A DNA stretch of 64,000 bases from an uncultured virus (IMG/VR IMGVR_UViG_3300021400_000318). Lineage: Duplodnaviria; Heunggongvirae; Uroviricota; Caudoviricetes. The notes under the pieces are model-generated. The model did no database searches. It was not told where the DNA came from and saw nothing but the letters and a program-made list of their open reading frames with translations. Numbering within the stretch: the stretch's first letter is position 1; every line of letters begins with the position of its first letter. Both the position numbers and the translations under genes were made by a program. The stretch lies in the IMG/VR virus record IMGVR_UViG_3300021400_000318; one strand, given 5' to 3'. Shown in pieces: positions 1 through 9,013 of this stretch.

Positions 1-2
1 CC

Positions 3-2843
3 CGTCAGTCCTGCCAATATCGCACTACCACATACACTCGTATGCTATCCGGTATGACAGGTTGGGATGAAGGACTTGAGAATGTTGCCTTCCAAATCGG
101 CAATACACCATTGATAGCAAGCGCATACGACATTCCCGATGCGGGACGCTACTCACTTTGGATTAACGGGGATATATACTTCGCAGGAACATTGAATAGA
201 ATTGACTCCTGGGGACGTGAAGTAGAAGACTATCCAGACCAAGGAGATTATTCCTCTGCTACTCAATACCATCTTAACGACCTCGTACACTATAACGGTA
301 CTGTATATCGCATGACGATTGACAATGACCGCACCAAAGGTGTTCTTCCTGGAACAAGTGTCGTTATCGACGGACAGACGGTCTATCCTTGGCAGAAGTG
401 GATATGGGCGGAGAGTATCAGTCCGGAAGGCCACTGGTCGAGTACAAAGACACCATACAAGGTTAACAGTATTGTCAACCTCTACACGAATATCTACATG
501 TCTAAGCGTCAGACAAGCAACGCTCCCATGCAGTTGCTCATGGACGAAAATGGGCGTTATATTACGACGGAGGACGGCGGATATATCATTGTTGATGATA
601 CAACAAACGATGATTGGGAGCTGTTGCTGAATGTTGGCGATATCACCAACGGACGTGACGGCGAGAATGCACTATACATCAATCTCACCAACGATACGGA
701 CAGTGTACTGACAGACGAAAAAGGCAACATAACAGGCAGTCTGCCTACTACCACAGGTCAGTTGTATAGTGGTACTACGTTGATAACGCAGGGTGTTGTG
801 TGGGGCATAAGCACGCAAAGTGGTTGCACTGCATCCATCAGTGCTTCTACTGGCGTTCTTAATATTCTCACGATGACAGCCGATGAAGCAAGTGTTGTTG
901 TTACGGCAACGTACAACGAACGCACCTACGGCAAGGTGTTCACCTTCAAGAAGCTGTACGGTCGTGATAAGATGTGGCTTGAACTTGGTAATGATGTCAT
1001 TAAGTATGACTTGGAGACAAAGACGTTCAGCCCTTCCTCTATCACTCTCTATGCCTACCGCACAAGCATACAGAACTACGATAAGGAACTGGTGACTGCT
1101 GATTCTGTCGGATGGATAGAAGTTGGGAACGACCACACGCATAAGCATAGTCGTGACGTCGTGGCTATTAGTATGTCATCGTTCACCAACGGACATCTTA
1201 TCGTTCTGTTACGTGACAGCAATGGCGACATACAGGACGTAGAGGATATAGTATTGGTGCAAGACACATTGCAACTGAAGCCAGTAGGACACTGGACTTC
1301 CACTTTGCATGTTATCAAAAACAATATCGTCGAGTTCTACGATGGTACTTTTGTTGCCTTGCAGGACAGTGTGGGTGTTCCCCCTGTCATATCGCTACTT
1401 ACCAACCAGAACGGCGATTATATTACTAACGAGAGTGGCGGTTATATCATTATCAACGATACCGTCAACACAACCTATTGGCGAAGACTTACGACGAATG
1501 GCAAGAACGGCGTTGACGGCAAGGATGGCGAAGACGGAAAGGACGGCGAGAATGCTGTTACCTACACGCTATCCGTCACACCGACCTCCTTTGTCCGTAA
1601 TGCTGATGGAAACTACAAATCCACTGCAACCGTCAAGATGCAGGTATATCGGAACGAGGGCGACACTTCAACGCTACTTGACAACATCATGCTCCCCAAA
1701 CTCAAGGTATATGTGGACGGCAATCTCTACACACCATCATGGGTGGCTGCTGAGAATGAGTGGCAATACACACTGCCAAAGGGCGCGTCGGTTGTGGAAG
1801 CACGGATTTATAACGGCGACAACATTATTGTCCGCCAGAGCATATCTATTGCACAAGACGGCTCAGAGGGTCTGCAGGGTTGTGTGGTACGTGTCAGCGA
1901 GTGGAAGGCAAGCACCCCATATCGTAACGATGAGGGTCGTAATGTGACCCCTGGCTTTATTGATGTTGTCGCAAGAGATGATTCTTCTCAAACGGAAGGT
2001 TATCGTTTCTACCAATTACAACGCCTTGCGGGTGATACATGGGTAGATGAATACAGAAATTCCACACCACCCGAAAATGACAGTCATTGGAAAGCCGTTT
2101 CAAACGTCGGTCCTATTTACACCTCACTGCTCATTGCAAAAAATGCTTTTATCAAATTCGGTGCAACCAACCAGTTTGTCGTGGTTAACAGTAACAACCA
2201 GATCGAGGCGGGCATGAAAGGCGACGGAAATATACGTTTCTTTGCGGGAAGTTCTGGAACAGCCGTCTCAGACGGCTCTATCAGTAATGCACCGTACCGT
2301 GTATATAAAGACGGCTCTTTCTATGCTACGAATGCACATATCGAAGGATACGTCAAGGCAACAGACGGAGAGTTTAAGGGAAAGATTACTGCACAGCAAG
2401 GGTCTATAGATGGAGATATCAGCGTTGGTCCGACAAGCGGACAGCACATGCTGATAACACCTAACGATAAACAGGTTACGGTTCATTCGATATCCTGGAC
2501 AGTAACAAAAGGCGTTCAGTTCTACAACGGCAGTGCATATCAAGGGGGACTCCAATTTGTAGGATATGACTTGACATTGTTTGCAGGATATAAAGGAAAT
2601 GTCAAAATTGATGCTGGAGGCTTTGAAATCGTTAACTCTGGAACGACGTACAACTGGATAAAAACAAACATCAACAATCTGGCAGCATGGATTGAATGGT
2701 GTTATAATAACGGAAATTCCTTACGCATAGGTGTAGCAAGAGGAAAGATTTACGCCACTGCGAATAAATCAGACTTCAAAACCTACAGTGAGGCCTACAC
2801 CAACGAACTTTACTTAGAAAACGGATTTTTAAAGATAAAATGA
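3..2843 (+). CDS. tail fibre / tail tip protein, 5'-truncated at window edge
   Basis: Frame is open from nt 3 (ORF track starts at 42); beta-rich, duplicated ~65-aa module, collagen-like GKDG/GEDG triplets; lies before the DGR target and lysis genes. Confidence 0.75.
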   Translation, partial: RQSCQYRTTTYTRMLSGMTGWDEGLENVAFQIGNTPLIASAYDIPDAGRYSLWINGDIYFAGTLNRIDSWGREVEDYPDQGDYSSATQYHLNDLVHYNGTVYRMTIDNDRTKGVLPGTSVVIDGQTVYPWQKWIWAESISPEGHWSSTKTPYKVNSIVNLYTNIYMSKRQTSNAPMQLLMDENGRYITTEDGGYIIVDDTTNDDWELLLNVGDITNGRDGENALYINLTNDTDSVLTDEKGNITGSLPTTTGQLYSGTTLITQGVVWGISTQSGCTASISASTGVLNILTMTADEASVVVTATYNERTYGKVFTFKKLYGRDKMWLELGNDVIKYDLETKTFSPSSITLYAYRTSIQNYDKELVTADSVGWIEVGNDHTHKHSRDVVAISMSSFTNGHLIVLLRDSNGDIQDVEDIVLVQDTLQLKPVGHWTSTLHVIKNNIVEFYDGTFVALQDSVGVPPVISLLTNQNGDYITNESGGYIIINDTVNTTYWRRLTTNGKNGVDGKDGEDGKDGENAVTYTLSVTPTSFVRNADGNYKSTATVKMQVYRNEGDTSTLLDNIMLPKLKVYVDGNLYTPSWVAAENEWQYTLPKGASVVEARIYNGDNIIVRQSISIAQDGSEGLQGCVVRVSEWKASTPYRNDEGRNVTPGFIDVVARDDSSQTEGYRFYQLQRLAGDTWVDEYRNSTPPENDSHWKAVSNVGPIYTSLLIAKNAFIKFGATNQFVVVNSNNQIEAGMKGDGNIRFFAGSSGTAVSDGSISNAPYRVYKDGSFYATNAHIEGYVKATDGEFKGKITAQQGSIDGDISVGPTSGQHMLITPNDKQVTVHSISWTVTKGVQFYNGSAYQGGLQFVGYDLTLFAGYKGNVKIDAGGFEIVNSGTTYNWIKTNINNLAAWIEWCYNNGNSLRIGVARGKIYATANKSDFKTYSEAYTNELYLENGFLKIK

Positions 2844-2844
2844 T

Positions 2845-3129
2845 ATGGCAGTTAAAATTAATTTTTCCGACATCACCATCTTTACGGACGTAGAGCATAA
2901 GGTGGCAACACGGCAGGATATTAAGAAGAATCTTGCCGATAGTATTTACCAACATGGGCAAGGCATCGTATTTCATGCACTGGCATTGAAAATATACAAC
3001 TCTAAAAACGATGTCGAACTTGATGACGATGAGTACAATCTGCTGATGGATTACGCCCGGCAGATGTGTACTCCAGCTATCATCGACGCACTGGAGGCTT
3101 ACGGAAATCAATCAACAACAATAAAATAA
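2845..3129 (+). CDS. small tail-associated hypothetical protein
   Basis: 94-aa ORF tightly coupled to the tail fibre gene. Confidence 0.5.
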   Translation: MAVKINFSDITIFTDVEHKVATRQDIKKNLADSIYQHGQGIVFHALALKIYNSKNDVELDDDEYNLLMDYARQMCTPAIIDALEAYGNQSTTIK

Positions 3130-3145
3130 AGAAAGGAAACAAATT

Positions 3146-4024
3146 ATGGCAGACGTAAAAGAAAAAGACTTGGGTAAGGTTTCAACATCTGACCTTTCGT
3201 CCATCAACACTGGTACACGTTATGTGCGCATGGTTGATAAGAACGGAAATTCCGTTGATGTGGAGTATTCCGCTTTTATGCGGGTGGCTGCTATGAACAC
3301 AGCGGCAAACAACTATGCCCGCAGGACCGACTTCGACCTTGCAGTGCTGAAGCAGGCAGTGGCAGACGGCAATCTTGAAAAGTACGGATTGAAGCCTGGT
3401 GATCAGAAAACTATCAACGGACATACCTACGTTATCGCAGGGTTAAACCCAATGAAAGGAACGACAACACCCTACCGACTGACACAGAACCATGTAGGGC
3501 TGATCGTCATTCCTCACACCACTCACGCATGGAATGCTGACGGCAAGACAACGGCGGTAAGCGGAGGTCATGGTGCAGGTTACGCTAACAGCGAACTTCA
3601 TGCCTACCTTCAGAGCGATATCCTGCCGATGTGCCAGAATGACCTTGGTGCCGCAAACCTTCTTGCGCATAGTAAGTTGCTGTCAACAGAAGTCAATGCC
3701 TCTGGTATTAATCGTTTTGGCGAAGCAAGTGGTTGCTCGTCTTCTTGGGCTTGGCAGAACAATCAGTATATATCAGCACTGTCAGAGGTGCAGGTATATG
3801 GCGGTACAGTATGGAGCAGTAGCGGCTTTGACACAGGCGAGGCTTGCCGACAGTTAGAGGTCTTCCAACGATACAGTCATACCGAGATATTCGGTGGTGA
3901 ATATCCGTGGCTTCGTGATGTGGTTTCCGCTTCCTATGCCGCTAGTGCGAACGACGGCGGCAACGCGAGCCATAACACCGCTTCGTATGGCCATTATGTC
4001 GCTGCGCTCGTCCTCTTCAAATAA
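3146..4024 (+). CDS. DGR target protein with C-terminal C-type-lectin-like variable region (probable receptor-binding/adhesin)
   Basis: 3' end carries the VR matching TR; C-terminal YPWLRDVVSAS...ASYGHYVAALVLFK is typical of CLec-fold DGR targets. Confidence 0.9.
   Translation: MADVKEKDLGKVSTSDLSSINTGTRYVRMVDKNGNSVDVEYSAFMRVAAMNTAANNYARRTDFDLAVLKQAVADGNLEKYGLKPGDQKTINGHTYVIAGLNPMKGTTTPYRLTQNHVGLIVIPHTTHAWNADGKTTAVSGGHGAGYANSELHAYLQSDILPMCQNDLGAANLLAHSKLLSTEVNASGINRFGEASGCSSSWAWQNNQYISALSEVQVYGGTVWSSSGFDTGEACRQLEVFQRYSHTEIFGGEYPWLRDVVSASYAASANDGGNASHNTASYGHYVAALVLFK
3920..4006 (+). repeat. DGR variable repeat (VR)
   Basis: 87 bp aligned without gaps to 4550-4636; 9 mismatches, all opposite TR adenines. 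Confidence 0.97.
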
Positions 4025-4041
4025 GAGGTTAATTAATCATT

Positions 4042-4061
4042 CAGCCCCCTTTGTGGGGCTG
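4042..4061 (+). promoter_or_regulatory. GC-rich hairpin downstream of VR (DGR target-recognition hairpin)
   Basis: cagcccc-ctttgt-ggggctg, 7-bp perfect stem just after the target stop codon. Confidence 0.75.
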
Positions 4062-4089
4062 CGTATCAAGTGTATAATGTAACAATAAT

Positions 4090-4527
4090 ATGAGTGTTGT
4101 AAAGTCAAAGAGAAACAAAAGTGGTGTCGAGTTCGAGATGATTCTGTTTCAGCTTGCGGACGGAATCGACAATCTCGTTGAGCACGACTTTTACGCAGAA
4201 GGAATGCTTGCTGTCAAGAATAAGATGTTTCTTGACATGAGAAGTAGAGCGTTGGAAGAATTGACGGACAAACTGGTGTTCTATATCAAGATAGCCAACT
4301 CGATATACCCTCAGTGTATCGCTGAGTGGGAAGAACGACGTGTAGCGCAAGGGAAGGCTATCGGAACTTGTTACGCCATTCTAACCAATATGCAGCGAAT
4401 CATGATGCGTCTTAGGATTCCAGACAACAAATACACACTCGATATTCAGAACGTTATGCGCATGATTAACAGCCTTAAGGCATGGCGAAAAAGTGATAAT
4501 AAATTGAAAACGAAATTAGGACAATAA
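4090..4527 (+). CDS. avd: DGR accessory variability determinant (Avd-like four-helix bundle)
   Basis: 145 aa, MSVVKSKR start, ANSIYP and WRKSD motifs; lies between VR and TR/RT. Confidence 0.85.
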   Translation: MSVVKSKRNKSGVEFEMILFQLADGIDNLVEHDFYAEGMLAVKNKMFLDMRSRALEELTDKLVFYIKIANSIYPQCIAEWEERRVAQGKAIGTCYAILTNMQRIMMRLRIPDNKYTLDIQNVMRMINSLKAWRKSDNKLKTKLGQ

Positions 4528-4549
4528 AGATACAGGTATGACTCTGAAG

Positions 4550-4636
4550 GTGGTTTCCGCTTCCAATGCCGCTAATGCGAACAACAACGGCAACGCGAAC
4601 AATAACACCGCTTCGAATGGCAATTATGTCGCTGCG
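4550..4636 (+). ncRNA. DGR template repeat (TR)
   Basis: AAC/AAT-rich invariant copy of VR, non-coding, between avd and RT. Confidence 0.95.
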
Positions 4637-4810
4637 ATTATCCCTCTGCGCTCCCAATGGCTAACAGACACACAAGTGTCAAAACAAAAAGCCTGCTAAG
4701 AGGATAAGGAGAGTCAGACCTTCTGCCCATAGGCAGTAAATAAGCAGGGTGACGCTGCCTGATACGTCAGATGTAGCTATCAGCACCCTGCCATTTAAAA
4801 AATAAAGAAT

Positions 4811-5956
4811 ATGGCAACACTTGAGCAACTGGTAGAACTGGATAAGCTGAATGAATGCACCGTTGAGTGCACGAAACAGAGCCGCTGGAAGGAATCCACC
4901 CAGCGTTATTTTGCTGATATGCTTACAAGAAACGTACAGTTGCAAGACGATATGCTGCACCACCGATACAAAGTATCTCCTACAATAGACTTCACTATTA
5001 ACGAACGTGGGCACATTCGGAATATCGAAGCTCCAGTTGTAAGGGACAGAGCCGTACAGAAGTCGATAATGAAGAGTGTGCTCACTCCGTCATTACGACC
5101 ATACCTTATCTATGATAATTATGCTTCATTGAAGCAGAGAGGTACGGCATTCGCCCGAAAACGTTTTGAGATAATGTTACGTCGCTTTATCAGAAAGAAC
5201 GGAACAGACGGATATATCCTGCTTGGTGACATTGCTAAATACTTCGAGAGCATCAGCCATGAAGCGTTGAAGCAGATGATTGCTCCGAGACTGGTCAACG
5301 AACCACAGGAGGTGATAGATTTGATTCATTATATGATTGACACCAGTTCGCACAGCGATTATGGACTGAATCTTGGCAGTGAAGCACCGCAAATCTTTGC
5401 AGTGTATTATATGAATCCGATAGATATATATGTCAAAGTGGTTCGTGGTGTAAAGTTCTACGGGCACTATATGGATGATTTTTTCAGTCTTGCTACAACA
5501 AAGGAAGAATTGGCGGAATTGTTGGATGATATTGAAGGGAAAGCAAAGGATATACATCTGGGCATAAACGGCAAGAAGACCCATATAATAAAACTCAGTC
5601 GTGGTTTTACGTTCTTGCAGGTCAGATACACGATAACCAAGACCGGAAAGATTCTGAAACGTCCGTCACATAGCAAGATAGTCCGTGAGCGTCGCAGGCT
5701 AAAGGCATTCCGTCGTATGTATGACAAGGGGCAGATGACAGAAAACGACATCTATAACTGCTATCAGTCATGGAGAGGCTCAGTAATACGCGAGCATAAC
5801 GCTTGTCGCAACATCGTTGCAAGTATTGATGCTCTGTATCAAAGCCTTTTCCCTGTTCACCAGGAAAGAGAGAAACCGAGTCGCAAGCGAATGGTAAAAG
5901 CGATTAACCATGAGACAGAGACAGAAGACTTAGAATATTGTTTAACATTAAAATAG
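4811..5956 (+). CDS. DGR reverse transcriptase
   Basis: RT motifs DRAVQ, GDIAKYFESI, GLNLGSEAPQ, YMDD; no endonuclease domain; adjacent to TR/avd. Confidence 0.95.
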   Translation: MATLEQLVELDKLNECTVECTKQSRWKESTQRYFADMLTRNVQLQDDMLHHRYKVSPTIDFTINERGHIRNIEAPVVRDRAVQKSIMKSVLTPSLRPYLIYDNYASLKQRGTAFARKRFEIMLRRFIRKNGTDGYILLGDIAKYFESISHEALKQMIAPRLVNEPQEVIDLIHYMIDTSSHSDYGLNLGSEAPQIFAVYYMNPIDIYVKVVRGVKFYGHYMDDFFSLATTKEELAELLDDIEGKAKDIHLGINGKKTHIIKLSRGFTFLQVRYTITKTGKILKRPSHSKIVRERRRLKAFRRMYDKGQMTENDIYNCYQSWRGSVIREHNACRNIVASIDALYQSLFPVHQEREKPSRKRMVKAINHETETEDLEYCLTLK

Positions 5957-5963
5957 TAAGATT

Positions 5964-6200
5964 ATGAACAAAGACAAGAATTTTGACAAACGTAATGCTC
6001 TAAGAGCAGAGTTGGCAGAACTGATGAGTGGACTAAGTGCTAACACATCACCTATCGGTGACTGGAAAGTAATTAAAGTGTATGAGGCGCGCATGTTAGG
6101 CAAGGAAGACCCCTACGACATGGAGGAACTTGCAGCCAAACGACAGGCAGCACGTGACCGCATCAATGAGATTCAGAATGAATTGAAGAAACTTGGCTAA
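5964..6200 (+). CDS. small coiled-coil hypothetical (possible tail-fibre assembly protein)
   Basis: 78 aa, DWKVIK...RQAARDRINE pattern, downstream of the DGR. Confidence 0.45.
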   Translation: MNKDKNFDKRNALRAELAELMSGLSANTSPIGDWKVIKVYEARMLGKEDPYDMEELAAKRQAARDRINEIQNELKKLG

Positions 6201-6484
6201 TGAAAAAGATTTTAGACTGGTTCGCAGGGTTGGAGAAGGACAAGATACTGCACGATGACATGGTGCTTACGGTCTCCCTGCTTGCCGCCTGTGTATGCAG
6301 GCTGTTAGTCAGCAAGGAGTGGTATAAGATAACCGCATGTGCTTTCTTCGCAGGCTTCATCGCTGGTGTAGCCAAGGAGATATACGATGAGTGGAAGTAC
6401 AAGGGTGCTGACGAACGTGACTGGGCTGCTGACATCTGCGGTCTTGTCCGTGGTACTCTTTTTTCTCTGTTATTAACCATTTAA
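6200..6484 (+). CDS. small membrane protein
   Basis: DKILH, KEIYDE, DWAADICG with hydrophobic segments. Confidence 0.55.
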   Translation: MKKILDWFAGLEKDKILHDDMVLTVSLLAACVCRLLVSKEWYKITACAFFAGFIAGVAKEIYDEWKYKGADERDWAADICGLVRGTLFSLLLTI

Positions 6485-6495
6485 CAACAATAATT

Positions 6496-6675
6496 ATGGA
6501 AAAGTACAAAGGATTCATTTATTTTGCTCTGATTTGCCTATACATATTGGGCACAATAGGAGGCATTGGCTATGCTTGCTACAATCACGCATACCTAATT
6601 GCCGTTGGTGTGGCTGCTGTCGCTCTGATGGCTTTGCCACAAGTTGTCAAATACTTTAAAATTCTGACAGAATGA
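6496..6675 (+). CDS. 59-aa two-TM membrane protein (lysis cassette; not in ORF track)
   Basis: Manual translation MEKYKGFIYFALICLYILGTIGGIGYACYNHAYLIAVGVAAVALMALPQVVKYFKILTE; stop overlaps the holin start. Confidence 0.7.
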   Translation: MEKYKGFIYFALICLYILGTIGGIGYACYNHAYLIAVGVAAVALMALPQVVKYFKILTE

Positions 6676-7169
6676 TAGAACAGATTAAGAATATGGCGGT
6701 GGGGATAGTACTGGCTATCCTCGCCTACTTGGAGCCAATAGAGAGTGAATTACAGAGTCTATTCCTGGTATTCTTTCTTAACTTCCTGTTTGGCTACCTA
6801 TCGGACATGGTGAAGGGCGAAGATTTCTCTCTTAAAAAGGCTCTTGTATGTATAGGTCACGCTGCAATCTTCTTTATCCTTTGTGCTGCCGTCTATGTCA
6901 TAGGCAGGCTAAAGGGACAGATGGGCGGATCAGTGCAATGCGTATCGTTCATCACGTACCTTGTGATATACTTCTATTCGCTGAACATCTTGCGCAACTG
7001 CAAGAAGATATTCAAGGATGATACGGCACCTTGGCACGTTGTTAATACTCTTTATTTCATTCTCCGCTTCAAGTTCATCGAGAAGATACCTTACCTAAAA
7101 GAGTATCTCGATACACAGAAGCAGGAGGCGGTAGAGCAGAAAACTATTCTTGATAAAGACGATAATTGA
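6672..7169 (+). CDS. holin
   Basis: Several TM helices, charged C-terminus, immediately upstream of the endolysin. Confidence 0.75.
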   Translation: MIEQIKNMAVGIVLAILAYLEPIESELQSLFLVFFLNFLFGYLSDMVKGEDFSLKKALVCIGHAAIFFILCAAVYVIGRLKGQMGGSVQCVSFITYLVIYFYSLNILRNCKKIFKDDTAPWHVVNTLYFILRFKFIEKIPYLKEYLDTQKQEAVEQKTILDKDDN

Positions 7170-7171
7170 CT

Positions 7172-7822
7172 ATGGTAATAAATCAAGCACAATTAATGAG
7201 AGCCGTCCCCAATCTGAACAAGAGTAAGGTTGACGAGTTCGTGGCATCATTCAATATGTATGCCCTACATTTCGGATTGACAACCAAACTGCGCATCGTT
7301 CACTATCTTGCGCAGGTATTCACGGAAAGTGGTGCACTTACGGCCACAAGCGAGAATATGAATTATTCGGCACAGCGATTGATGCAGGTATGGCCATCAC
7401 GTTTCAAGACCGTTGTCTTCGCTCAACAGTATGCCAACAGTCCAGAAAAACTCGCAAACTTAGTGTACGCTAATCGCATGGGGAATGGAGATGAAGCCTC
7501 TGGCGACGGATGGAAGTATCGAGGACGTGGGTATATAGGGCTGACAGGGCGACAGAATTATGCGGACTTCAACAAGTTCGACCTCTGCACGGAAGATGTC
7601 TTAATAAATCCCGACATAGTGGCTTCTTATCCACTTAACCAACTCTGTGCCCTCTGGTTCTGGGAGAAGTATGGACTCAATGCCATTGCCGACACCGACG
7701 ATGGCGGTACGATGGGCGAGCAGGTAGTGGAGCGTATCACCAAGAAAGTCAATGGCGGGCTGATAGGCATCTCCCAGCGGAAGTATTACTATCGTCGTTT
7801 TGCAAAGGAATTCGGCTTATGA
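7172..7822 (+). CDS. endolysin, glycoside hydrolase family 19
   Basis: LAQ..ES, ENMNYSA, YANRMGNG, GDGWKYRGRGYIGLTG, ITKKVNGG motifs. Confidence 0.92.
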   Translation: MVINQAQLMRAVPNLNKSKVDEFVASFNMYALHFGLTTKLRIVHYLAQVFTESGALTATSENMNYSAQRLMQVWPSRFKTVVFAQQYANSPEKLANLVYANRMGNGDEASGDGWKYRGRGYIGLTGRQNYADFNKFDLCTEDVLINPDIVASYPLNQLCALWFWEKYGLNAIADTDDGGTMGEQVVERITKKVNGGLIGISQRKYYYRRFAKEFGL

Positions 7823-8391
7823 GAAAGTTCATATTTGCATTAATAATCTTCATGTTCGCCGTGTCGGTGTGCCTTAACATCGGCATGTACCGGCACATTC
7901 AGACATGTGTTGTAAGAAGCGACACCGTATATAAGGAAAAGGTAGTTGAGGTGAAAGATACTGCACCTGGCATCAAGGAAGAAAAAGTAATCGGTCAGAT
8001 AACCTTTCCTGTTCTTTCCAGTTCTCCGCACATTGGAAAGAATCATGTAAAAGAAACAGGAAAATCTATACATGACACCGCTGATATAGCAAAAAAAGAC
8101 GAAAATCTTAACATGACATTGGACATAGTGCAGCGTAAGTACACCGACGATTCCACTTACACGGCATACGTTAGCGGCTTGAAGTATGATATCTACCCAC
8201 GGCTGGATTCTGTCATTGTCCGTCAGAAGATAATCGAGCGCACAATCACCAACAACATCTATCGCAACAGGAATGGCTTGAAGGTAAAACTTCGCCCTGC
8301 CATTGGAGGCGGTTACGATCCCCTCAACAGACAATGGGGCGTGTACGTTGGTGCAGCCGTATTGTTGGATTGGCAAGGTAAGACAAAGTAA
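7819..8391 (+). CDS. N-terminally anchored lysis-cassette protein (spanin-like)
   Basis: N-terminal TM, YTAYVSG, C-terminal beta strands; follows the endolysin. Confidence 0.5.
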   Translation: MRKFIFALIIFMFAVSVCLNIGMYRHIQTCVVRSDTVYKEKVVEVKDTAPGIKEEKVIGQITFPVLSSSPHIGKNHVKETGKSIHDTADIAKKDENLNMTLDIVQRKYTDDSTYTAYVSGLKYDIYPRLDSVIVRQKIIERTITNNIYRNRNGLKVKLRPAIGGGYDPLNRQWGVYVGAAVLLDWQGKTK

Positions 8392-8582
8392 GTTATATTG
8401 AATTTTAATTTAGGTTTATTTCTTTTTTGCCAAGCGAGGCAAAGGTAGTTTTTATTGTTTTAAGGTTAGTAGTTTTCTTATAATTTGTTTTAGTGTTTTT
8501 TTACTTTCAGCGGAAAGTTTTTTAGTTACTTTCATTCATGTTTCTTTTAGGTTAGTAGTTAGTTTTTTAGTTATTATTTTTC

Positions 8583-8618
8583 TCGGTAGCTGTTCGTGAG
8601 GAATCGCTACCGATTTTT
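8583..8618 (+). terminator. intrinsic terminator of the lysis operon
   Basis: tcggtagc...gctaccga stem followed by ttttt. Confidence 0.75.
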
Positions 8619-8799
8619 ACGTCCTCTCAGCGTTTTTCTACTTCACGCCCTAACAACTACCCACCTCGAAAGCAAAAATGTCTCACAGCGTCCGCAATCG
8701 TCCTCTATGAGAATCTAAGACTACCACCATTGCAACCGCAAAACCGCAACAGGCGCACCGTCATCCTACAACAGTTAATAATTGATAACGTCCAAAATC

Positions 8800-9013
8800 G
8801 ACCACTGGCCGTTAAGCGCAGTTAATTATCCGTTAATATTAGATTATTTTGACATTGTTGAGGCTCAGTTAAGTTAACCAACCGTTAAATTCGAATTCTA
8901 AAGTTTTACAAGCGTTCCAATTTTTGCCCCCTTACACTTATCCCACCCACCCGCCATTTGGCGAACAGCGAGGATTTTGCCCAAAAAAGTTCAAATGTGC
9001 AATTTTTCAACCG
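8800..9013 (+). repeat. dispersed intergenic repeat A, copy 1
   Basis: 24 bp identical to 51880-51903 (ttgttgaggctcagttaagttaac); gaggattttgcccaaaa shared with copy 3. Confidence 0.85.

Larger units (their letters stand above)
3146..5956 (+). mobile_element. diversity-generating retroelement cassette
   Basis: target(VR)-hairpin-avd-TR-RT in canonical order. Confidence 0.95.

Noticed and set aside
4811..5956. Group II intron or retron RT
   Set aside because: The TR/VR pair with A-only mismatches plus avd defines a DGR; no intron or msr/msd structure is needed
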